Source of the DNA: an uncultured Candidatus Bathyarchaeia archaeon
GTDB lineage: Archaea; Thermoproteota; Bathyarchaeia; Bathyarchaeales; Bathycorpusculaceae
Direction of reading: 5' to 3'
Length of the DNA: 58,870 nucleotides
NCBI GenBank assembly: GCA_964548345.1
Contig: CAZJQR010000001.1
Coordinates: 1-58,870 of the forward strand
Part shown: positions 9,437 to 16,868 of the stretch, in pieces
Layout: each line of letters begins with the position of its first letter
Position numbering within the stretch: the first letter of the stretch is position 1
Program-made: the position numbers and the translations under genes
Notes under the pieces: model-generated
Told to the model about the DNA's origin: nothing
What the model saw: the letters and a program-made list of their open reading frames with translations, nothing else
Database searches by the model: none

Positions 9437-10375
9437 ATGTTGAAGGATGTTGTCAAGGATTACGAGTTCCACGGGGACATGTCGGTGGAGGAGCTTGTCA
9501 GCCAGATGGAGCAGGCTTGGGGCTTCACCGCTGGCAAAGTCTCTGTGGGCGTAAGCATTCTGGAGCGCATGTTCAAAACGCGGGACTGCGTGAATTTTCT
9601 CTCGTTCACTGCAAACCTCGTGGCGACAGGCGCCCGCGGCGTGTTCAGAGAACTTGTGAAGCGGAAGCTCGTGGATGTTGTTATCACGGCGTGTGGGACG
9701 TTGGACCATGACGTGGCGAGGTGCTGGAGAAACTATTACAAGGGTTCCTTTGTCATGAACGACGCCAAACTGCACGAGCAGGGCATAAACCGTCTGGGCA
9801 ACGTGCTGGTTCCAAACGACAGTTACGGAACAATAATAGAGGAGAAGATGCAGGGGTTGCTGGAGAGCCTTTGGAAAGAGGGCGTACGAGAAATGTCAGG
9901 CAGCCAGTTGTGCCGGGAGATAGGAAAGCGCTGCTGCAACGAAACCTCAATACTGTACTGGGCAGCCAAAAATGACATACCGATCTACGTGCCGGGCATC
10001 ACGGACGGCGCTGTTGGCTACCAAACGTGGCTTTTCAGTCAAGACCACGATTTCAGGATTAACTTGTTGAAGGATGAGGGGGAAATAAGCGACGTGGTTT
10101 TCTCGGCGAAGAAGAGTGGCGCGTTGATTGTTGGCGGGGGAATCTCGAAGCATCATACGATATGGTGGAACCAGTTTAAAGACGGCTTGGATTATGTCGT
10201 GTACGTGAGCACAGCTGCCGAGTGGGACGGCAGTCTTTCTGGCGCGAGACCGCGGGAAGCGGTGTCTTGGGGGAAGATAAGTGAGAAGGCGAAGCGGGTG
10301 ATGGTTGAGGGGGATGCTTCGCTGATACTGCCTGTGATGATGAGCGCGCTTGTGGCTAGGCTTGGGAAGGCTTAG
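9437..10375 (+). CDS. dys: Deoxyhypusine synthase
   Basis: 312 aa with the motifs GTLDHD, VGGGISKHH and the catalytic-lysine motif EAVSWGKI. Confidence 0.9.
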   Translation: MLKDVVKDYEFHGDMSVEELVSQMEQAWGFTAGKVSVGVSILERMFKTRDCVNFLSFTANLVATGARGVFRELVKRKLVDVVITACGTLDHDVARCWRNYYKGSFVMNDAKLHEQGINRLGNVLVPNDSYGTIIEEKMQGLLESLWKEGVREMSGSQLCREIGKRCCNETSILYWAAKNDIPIYVPGITDGAVGYQTWLFSQDHDFRINLLKDEGEISDVVFSAKKSGALIVGGGISKHHTIWWNQFKDGLDYVVYVSTAAEWDGSLSGARPREAVSWGKISEKAKRVMVEGDASLILPVMMSALVARLGKA

Positions 10376-11436
10376 GATAAGCCCTTGAAGAGCCACGACA
10401 TGTCTGGCGCGTTGCGCTTGGTTTTGACCCTTTCGTTGAGCGCGTGCGTTATCAGCGGCAAAGCGATTGTGGCGTCGCAGTAGCACACAGCGCGGGTGCC
10501 GCTTTCACTGTTGATTTTGCCCCAGCTTATGGCTTCTTCCAGAGTGCAGCCTGACAAGCCGCCCCATTGCGGCGCATCGACGGTTATCTGTATGGAGTAT
10601 TTGTGCGGGTAATAGTACTCCTGCAAGCCTTTGCGGAGGTGCCCGTCTCTTCCAGATACGCCTTTATCGTTTGTTTTAGGCGAGACGGAAATGGCTATGA
10701 GCTGCGTTAAGTCTTTGGGCACTCCGCCGCCGATGTAGATTACGCCAACGTCTTTGGTTTTGGTGCCGATGGTGACAAACTGGTTGAATTCTTTTACGCT
10801 GTCGAGGATTACGTTATGTCCTTGGTTTTTTGCCATGAGAAAGGTTTCTCCGTAAGCGCTGTCAACCATGGCTGGGCTGAAGATTGGGACCGCGTTTCCG
10901 TAGGCGACCGCGGCTATGCTTGGAATTTTTTTCTTGCTAAGATATTTCCCCAAGAGATAGAAGAACTCTGCGGATGAGTAGGGATAATCGGTTTTCAGGG
11001 TCATAACGAAGTCGGTGACCAGTTCTTCCATTTTGCGGTAGTCGGTTTCTTTTCCGAAGACGTCGTAGTACCTGTTAATGTCTGCTTCTAACAGTGCCTC
11101 GTCGTCTACCATGTGGCTGCCCTGCCAGTAGCCGAAGCCCATCGCGTCAACTATGTCCTCGGACACGTTAGCGCCCGTTGAAACCAGCACGTCAATAAAA
11201 CGGTTCTCCATAAGCCAGTTAACTATAGTCCATTGGCCAGCGGTGCTCATGGAACCTGCCAAACCCATAACGATGGTCAAATCTTTTGCTTTGAACATAT
11301 TTTCCCAAACGTCAACTGCTTCGCCGAGTTTTCTTCCTTGATAAGCGGTTCGGCTCATTTCAGCCAGAAGTTGTGAAACGCTTTTTTCTTTAACCTTTAT
11401 CGGCTCTAGTTTTTTGTTAAAGTATGATTCGTTCAT
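10372..11436 (-). CDS. Deoxyhypusine synthase-family paralogue
   Basis: DHS-like throughout (LVSTGANVSEDI, YIGGGVPKD, EEAISWGKI). I prefer the ATG at 11436 (MNESYFNKKLEPIKV). The ORF-track start at 11697 adds 87 non-homologous residues and would run into the divergent hsp20 promoter region. Confidence 0.75.
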   Translation of the reverse strand: MNESYFNKKLEPIKVKEKSVSQLLAEMSRTAYQGRKLGEAVDVWENMFKAKDLTIVMGLAGSMSTAGQWTIVNWLMENRFIDVLVSTGANVSEDIVDAMGFGYWQGSHMVDDEALLEADINRYYDVFGKETDYRKMEELVTDFVMTLKTDYPYSSAEFFYLLGKYLSKKKIPSIAAVAYGNAVPIFSPAMVDSAYGETFLMAKNQGHNVILDSVKEFNQFVTIGTKTKDVGVIYIGGGVPKDLTQLIAISVSPKTNDKGVSGRDGHLRKGLQEYYYPHKYSIQITVDAPQWGGLSGCTLEEAISWGKINSESGTRAVCYCDATIALPLITHALNERVKTKRNAPDMSWLFKGLS

Positions 11437-11611
11437 GCGTTTACCCCGTTGTAGATTAGGCGACTTGTATATGAAATTTATCATTCTTGACCGTGTAGAC
11501 AAGGTGTACACTGCTCTTTCGCGGGTTCTTCTCGTTTTCGACAGAAATCCAAAAACATTTTTAGGAAACAACGTTGTTGAAATTATGGAGTTTTGAGGAG
11601 AATAATCTGAA

Positions 11612-11935
11612 ATGGCTAAGAAAAAAGTTGCCGAGAAAGAAGCTAAACCAGCAAAGCCAACTCTGGAGCCTGTCATGTACATGGACCATGATGACAAAAA
11701 TTACTATATTCAAGTGGAACTGCCAGGCGTTAAGAAAGAAGATGCAGAACTTGAAGTGTCTGACCAAAGCTTCTGCGTAAGAGGAGAAAGGAAAGACATC
11801 GAGTTTTTAGGCTGCTATATTCTAACGCACGCGGCAAACGTTGAAAAAGTTAAAGCAAAATTCGATAATGGCTTGCTGAACATCGAAATCCCCATAAAGA
11901 AGATTCTCAAAGGAAAGAAAATAACAATAGAATAA
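11612..11935 (+). CDS. Hsp20/alpha-crystallin small heat-shock protein
   Basis: 107 aa with an alpha-crystallin domain: YYIQVELPGVKKEDAELEV ... AKFDNGLLNIEIPIKK. Confidence 0.85.
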   Translation: MAKKKVAEKEAKPAKPTLEPVMYMDHDDKNYYIQVELPGVKKEDAELEVSDQSFCVRGERKDIEFLGCYILTHAANVEKVKAKFDNGLLNIEIPIKKILKGKKITIE

Positions 11936-11973
11936 ATGCTTCGAGCCTCTTTTCTTTTTTTATTCTTCAGAGG

Positions 11974-12426
11974 TCACGTAGGTTGGGCTGTTGATGCCTG
12001 TTGCGGTCTTGTTTCGCATCCTCGATTGCTGAATTTGCCCAGATACCCAAACGGATAGGATAGTAAAAAGATTTCAGGTACTCCAATAATTATGGAAAAG
12101 GGTACGCCTGTGATTGTTTGTATCATTAAATTGATGGTGGAGAAGATAAGTAGAAGGAAGAAGCCGTTGAGCCAGAATCCTATCTGCCATCCTTCACAGG
12201 CGTACAAACGATGAAGAACGGCTATGTTTAGCGCGCCTAATATCATCGGTTGAATGCCGTACATGATAAACAGGAAAATGGCGAATCCTATCGGAGCCAT
12301 GAAAAGAAGAAAGGAATCCTGAAAAGCATCCAGAAGGAGTTGAATGACGACTAGAGTAATTACTATGGCTAAGCCGTGAATGAAAACGGGTTTAGAAAGT
12401 TTAAGTGTTCTGCGCAATCCATTCAC
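11974..12426 (-). CDS. Small integral membrane protein (about 4 TM helices), function unknown
   Basis: 150-aa hydrophobic ORF that overlaps the 3' end of the upstream surface-protein gene by 26 nt on the same strand. I recognise no motif. Confidence 0.45.
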   Translation of the reverse strand: MNGLRRTLKLSKPVFIHGLAIVITLVVIQLLLDAFQDSFLLFMAPIGFAIFLFIMYGIQPMILGALNIAVLHRLYACEGWQIGFWLNGFFLLLIFSTINLMIQTITGVPFSIIIGVPEIFLLSYPFGYLGKFSNRGCETRPQQASTAQPT

Positions 12427-14752
12427 CCACTTTTTGTTCTGCGAGTCTCCCGCGTATTCCGTAAACGTTATCGACGCTGTTCCAGTAAACTATCCAGCAG
12501 CCCTTGAGCCCCATGCTTCTGAAGAGGTTGAGCCCACGAATTATGTAGTTGGCCTGTGCCGTGTTGTCGCTTGTTGACATGCCAAACTCTGAAATTACAA
12601 CTTGTTTATTGGTTATTTTTTGAAGCAGCTGAACCATGCGCGGGGAAAGTGCTAGAAAAGACTCCATAAAAACGTCGAACCCTATAAAATCGAGTTTCTC
12701 GCTAAATTGGACGGGAAGGTTTGTTCGAACCAAGAAGGCGGGTCCAAAGTTAGTGTAGTATTGTGCCGAAAGCCGATACTGTTCAACTATTGAGTAGACA
12801 TAATCAAATTTAGAACCTGCTTCATCATCAGTGAACAAGGCTCCCAAGTCCCATGATGACGCAACGTCAGGTTCATTGAGAACTTGAATGTAAGTAAGGT
12901 CGCTACCCCACCTACCAAGATAATAGTTTATGTTATCGGCGCTGTCGTGATTGTTGATTATAAGGGCGACTCTGATGCCAAGCTGCCTGACAGCACTGAA
13001 GAACACGTCCGTGAGCGTGTTTGAATACGAGTTTGGGCTTGTTGAGTCACAGACTATGTTAACGCGAATTACACTGAAGCCCAATTCGTTTATGTGGGAT
13101 ACTTGATCGTAGATTTGTCCGGCGCTGTCTTGTTCGTAAACGTAGGTTACGCCTACTTCAAATGCCGAGTTGGCGCTTCCAGACGAAATCGAATAGTAAG
13201 CGTAGGGAAAGAAAATTTGAGTGAACACCAGAAGGATAGATATACCGATTATCGTCAGCGTCCATAGCAGCCTGTTTTTTCCCAATGCTGCAAGGCGCTG
13301 TTTCTGGAATAAACTCGTTAAGCCTTTTTTCCTGTAATCCGAAAGGCTTTGTCGCTTAACGTAAGCCAGAAAAACTACAATGACAACGGCTGCAAGGGTT
13401 ATGCCTATGGCAACTAATTCTGTTGGGAAACGAGCCGCTATGGTGAACTGAATTGTGCCCGAAGAACCAACCAGTCCCCCTGTGTCCTGAGCGGAGACGG
13501 TTAGGTTGTGTGTGCCAATTGTTAATCCAGACAAGGTTGTGTTTCCAGTTATGGTTACTTCAGGTTGACCGTCAAGGCTGTAAGCAATCCATGAAAGAGG
13601 CTTATTTACGATAACTACTAACGGAACGTCAGTGGTTTCGTATGTTTTGCTTTGTGGGCTTGAGACTGTTATCACGGGAGGCAGGGTGTCAGGTTCTGGT
13701 GAAACCTTTATCATAAATGCGGTGTTGCCGAAAACTGCGCCAGCAACGACGTAGCCGCCATCTCTTGTCTTTATCAGGGACGACGATTGATAACTTGAAC
13801 CCCAGCCGCCACCACTGTTTAATGTTAATGCCCAGAGTTCACTGCCAGAAGAGTCTGTCCTTATCAACGTCGGACTGTTCCCTAGTGCTAATGCATAGCC
13901 GCTGTCATCGGTTTGCACTACTGCGTTGAAGCTGTCATTTAAAATATGCTCGTAATGAATGCTTATTTGTTCGTGTCCTTGAGAATCTATCTTGAGCAGC
14001 CAAGGAACGAGACCACCGCTCGCTTGATAGTCTCCAGTCCCCGCAAGCACAAATCCTCCGTCGTTGGTTGTCGCCATCGAGTGAACGATGTGCGCGTCTA
14101 GTGGTCCTCCGGAAGAGTAGGTTTGGCTCCATTGAAGGTTACTGTTAGAATCGATCTTGGCTAACCAAAAATCGTGTTGCCAGTTACCTGACAACGCGCA
14201 ACCACGATCGTCGGTCTCCACAACGGCATAAACAGTGAATCCGCCAGTAAAAGTTTTGTTCCATAGTAGATTACCTTGGACGTCAAACTTGTACAACCAA
14301 GCAAAGTAGTTCCCATCAATTCCTATGCTATTGCCCACCACCACGTAATCTCCGGCGCGAGTAACGAGGCCTTCCCGAGCGCCAATTGATCCAATAGAGA
14401 AACTCGACTCAAAGTCTCCATCAGCATTCGTTTTCACCACATGATCAGCGTAGAATAGCGCGTAGCCTAAATCACTAGTTTGCACAACCGATACCACATC
14501 GCCTTGTGTTTTTTGCCATTGGATATTACCAGACGAGTTTGTCTTAACAAACGTGGCTGCGTCAGGCGACGAGGAAGCTCCAGCTATAGCGTAGCCTCCG
14601 TCCGAGGTCTGAATGACAGATAACGCCTGTAAGTTGTTGTAGGTTTGTCTCCATTCAACTGAAGGTGCTTCGGCAGCGGCTGACGAAAGAACAGAAAAAA
14701 TCAAAACTAACGCAATAAATGCTACCGCAATGACAATTCTTATCGACTGCAT
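12401..14752 (-). CDS. Large envelope protein: signal peptide, 7 beta-propeller-type repeats, Ig-like domain, 2 TM helices, clan-A (GH5-like) glycoside hydrolase domain
   Basis: Seven repeats of about 45 aa share a TSDGGYAIAG / TDDRGCALSG / TNDGGFVLAG / TRDGGYVVAG core. The C-terminal TIM-barrel signatures are IQVLNEPD (acid/base Glu) and VVISEFGMS (nucleophile Glu). The start is taken at Met41 (MQSIRIVIAVAFIALVLIF, ATG 14752), which gives a normal signal peptide. Confidence 0.7.
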   Translation of the reverse strand: MQSIRIVIAVAFIALVLIFSVLSSAAAEAPSVEWRQTYNNLQALSVIQTSDGGYAIAGASSSPDAATFVKTNSSGNIQWQKTQGDVVSVVQTSDLGYALFYADHVVKTNADGDFESSFSIGSIGAREGLVTRAGDYVVVGNSIGIDGNYFAWLYKFDVQGNLLWNKTFTGGFTVYAVVETDDRGCALSGNWQHDFWLAKIDSNSNLQWSQTYSSGGPLDAHIVHSMATTNDGGFVLAGTGDYQASGGLVPWLLKIDSQGHEQISIHYEHILNDSFNAVVQTDDSGYALALGNSPTLIRTDSSGSELWALTLNSGGGWGSSYQSSSLIKTRDGGYVVAGAVFGNTAFMIKVSPEPDTLPPVITVSSPQSKTYETTDVPLVVIVNKPLSWIAYSLDGQPEVTITGNTTLSGLTIGTHNLTVSAQDTGGLVGSSGTIQFTIAARFPTELVAIGITLAAVVIVVFLAYVKRQSLSDYRKKGLTSLFQKQRLAALGKNRLLWTLTIIGISILLVFTQIFFPYAYYSISSGSANSAFEVGVTYVYEQDSAGQIYDQVSHINELGFSVIRVNIVCDSTSPNSYSNTLTDVFFSAVRQLGIRVALIINNHDSADNINYYLGRWGSDLTYIQVLNEPDVASSWDLGALFTDDEAGSKFDYVYSIVEQYRLSAQYYTNFGPAFLVRTNLPVQFSEKLDFIGFDVFMESFLALSPRMVQLLQKITNKQVVISEFGMSTSDNTAQANYIIRGLNLFRSMGLKGCWIVYWNSVDNVYGIRGRLAEQKVGEWIAQNT

Positions 14753-14994
14753 CGATGAAGAATGCGCAAGGCAGCAGCGTTTCAAAGACTCGCGAGCTCC
14801 ATTTAATAACACTATTGAGATTTGTTCCGCACTTATAATTTTTGGAAAGACCAACAACGAGCAACAAGACAAAAGAAAAACTACGAAATTTGCTCACTTC
14901 GAAAGACAAGAGGTCAACTTTTCTACAGTTAAACCCTGAAAACCGTCCCTAAAAATTTGAAAACGAAACAGACGTAAACAAAGTTCAGCACCTC

Positions 14995-15146
14995 AAAACA
15001 TCCGCCTTAACGTTCTTCAGAGCTATAAACAGTTTCTATATAAGGAGGGGCTATAGTCTGTTCCGAGCAGCTAGCCCAACGCCAGTCCAAACATCAGTTA
15101 CAGCTATTTGTAGTATAAATGAGGGGGCTATAGAAAAAAATCGCAA
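14995..15146 (+). repeat. Dispersed intergenic repeat, copy A (two G5-CTATAG boxes)
   Basis: The sequence cagtttctatataaggaggggctatagtctgttccgagca...gtagtataaatgagggggctatagaaaaaaatcgca aligns along its length with copies at 35420-35563 and 40971-41120 (rc). Confidence 0.8.
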
Positions 15147-15234
15147 TTTAGCCGCAAACCTCAAAAAAACAACGGTTAAAAACTCACGAACATACAGAAA
15201 TCTTTAGATAGCTAAACCATCTCTGGTAACATTA

Positions 15235-15852
15235 ATGCCAGCCTCAAAATTTCCATCCAGAAAATTCGTCTCCGTCAACCCAAGCAAATGCACAGGCTGT
15301 GGAATCTGCGAGTACGCTTGCGCTCTCGAAAAAGAAGAAAACAACATGAATCCAATCCGCTCACGAATCCGCGTTGTCCGCATGACTCCCATGTTCAATT
15401 TTGCTCTCGCCTGCAGGTTCTGCGAAGACGCCAAATGCGTGACCGCATGCCCAGAAAAAGCCCTAACCCAATCCGAACAAACTGGCATCATAATGGTCAA
15501 AGAAAAGAAATGCAAAGGCTGCGACTGGTGTGTACAAGCCTGTCCACATGGCGGTATTTCAATTAGCTCTGACACAGGCATAGCTGTAGCTTGCGACCTC
15601 TGCGATGGAGAACCAAAATGCGTCGAATTCTGCCCTGAAGAAGCCTTAGACCTCGTATGCACAGACGAAGAAGCTGAAAACCGTTTCAACGAAGCCTTAG
15701 AAAGACTTCCCGCAGAAACCGAACGCTTAACCAAAATGGTCAAGAACAAAGATTGGAACCCCCTGCTTGCTGAAGCAGAAGAAAGGTCAATGAGAGTCAA
15801 CGAAAAACTCGAAGCCTTGAACAAAAAAGCAAACGCCAAAAAACAAAAATAA
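15235..15852 (+). CDS. 4Fe-4S multi-cluster ferredoxin-domain protein with a charged coiled-coil tail
   Basis: Four Cys clusters: CTGCGICEYAC, CRFCEDAKCVTACP, CKGCDWCVQACP, CDLCDG..KCVEFCP. This is the electron-transfer beta-subunit type. The C-terminal ~70 aa are Lys/Glu-rich. Confidence 0.8.
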   Translation: MPASKFPSRKFVSVNPSKCTGCGICEYACALEKEENNMNPIRSRIRVVRMTPMFNFALACRFCEDAKCVTACPEKALTQSEQTGIIMVKEKKCKGCDWCVQACPHGGISISSDTGIAVACDLCDGEPKCVEFCPEEALDLVCTDEEAENRFNEALERLPAETERLTKMVKNKDWNPLLAEAEERSMRVNEKLEALNKKANAKKQK

Positions 15853-15916
15853 ACCTCAAAAATGCCAATCAGAAGCACCGCTTGGTCCAAAATAGTTTTT
15901 CCCTAATCGCACGTCG

Positions 15917-16768
15917 TTAAACAGTCTTTTCTTCGTAGCCAACCAAAAACTGGTCAATGTCTCTGCCGTTCTGCTCACCCATGTATCCGCCTTCCAAAAT
16001 GAAGAAAGTGGGCTTTCTAAGCATGCCGATTCTCTTACCTATTTCTCTGTAACTGTTCTCTGTCAACCCGAGAGACGCCAAATCTTTGCTATGCGCATCA
16101 AAACCCACCGAAACCGCCACAACCTCGAACTTGCCCACGTCAACCATGCCCAACGCTTCATCCAAAGTCTCCAGATACCTCTGCTCGCCACAATCAGCCG
16201 GCAACGGAAAATTCAGACAGTTACCCTCAGAAAAACCGCCAGTGCCAGGATAAAACGGGTAACGATGCAAAGAAACATAAACCACTTTCTCGTCACCCTG
16301 AAAAATCTCCTGCGTCCCATTCCCATGATGCCCATCAACATCCAAAATCAACGCCGACTTACCAACGGCTTTCACAGCAACCGCCACGTTATTCACATAA
16401 CAGAAACCTCGCGTGTAAACACCTAAGGCTGCACCGCTACGCCCTGCATGGTGCCCAGGTGGTCTCATAAGCGAAAAACCGTTAACCTCAGCCGCCAAAA
16501 GCGCTCCTCCAGCCGAAAGCCGTGCATACTCGTAAATATCCGCGTAAGCTGGCGTATCCGGATCCTCAACTAAGCCCTTCTTCAGTTTCCAAACATAGTC
16601 AGCTTCATGAACGCTCAGCACGTCTTCCTCAGAAGCTGGTGTTGGCTCCAGAAACTCATAGTTTTTTTTCTTCAAAAATTCATGCGCCATCTTCACTCTT
16701 TGAGGTCCTTCGATGTGCCAACCGCCATAGTTCAAACATTTTTCTGAAAAAACAATTTTAGTCTTCAT
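15917..16768 (-). CDS. Histone-deacetylase-family (class I/II HDAC, AcuC-like) deacetylase
   Basis: Motifs RPPGHHA, FCYVNNVAVA, LILDVDGHHGNGTQEIF, SLHRYPFYPGTGG. The start is taken at MKTKIVFSEK (ATG 16768). The ORF-track start is 16819. Confidence 0.85.
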   Translation of the reverse strand: MKTKIVFSEKCLNYGGWHIEGPQRVKMAHEFLKKKNYEFLEPTPASEEDVLSVHEADYVWKLKKGLVEDPDTPAYADIYEYARLSAGGALLAAEVNGFSLMRPPGHHAGRSGAALGVYTRGFCYVNNVAVAVKAVGKSALILDVDGHHGNGTQEIFQGDEKVVYVSLHRYPFYPGTGGFSEGNCLNFPLPADCGEQRYLETLDEALGMVDVGKFEVVAVSVGFDAHSKDLASLGLTENSYREIGKRIGMLRKPTFFILEGGYMGEQNGRDIDQFLVGYEEKTV

Positions 16769-16868
16769 TCCAGCTGCATCCATACATAGATAAGCTACGT
16801 TTTTCAAATTAAAATACACCTTCCTCTTAAAGGTTTACCGCACTCCAAAACCTCCGGAGAAAACAAAC

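Noticed and set aside
14995-15146. CRISPR array or solitary CRISPR repeats as an explanation for the gtttc...ggggg ctatag boxes
   Set aside because: There are only two or three boxes per locus, with unequal spacing. The sequence between and around the boxes is itself conserved between loci, which is the opposite of spacers. No cas genes are present.
15204-15890. 228-aa minus-strand ORF covering the whole ferredoxin gene
   Set aside because: It is an antisense shadow of a gene with four clear 4Fe-4S Cys motifs. Its own translation is Ser/Ala/Leu-rich with no recognisable motif.
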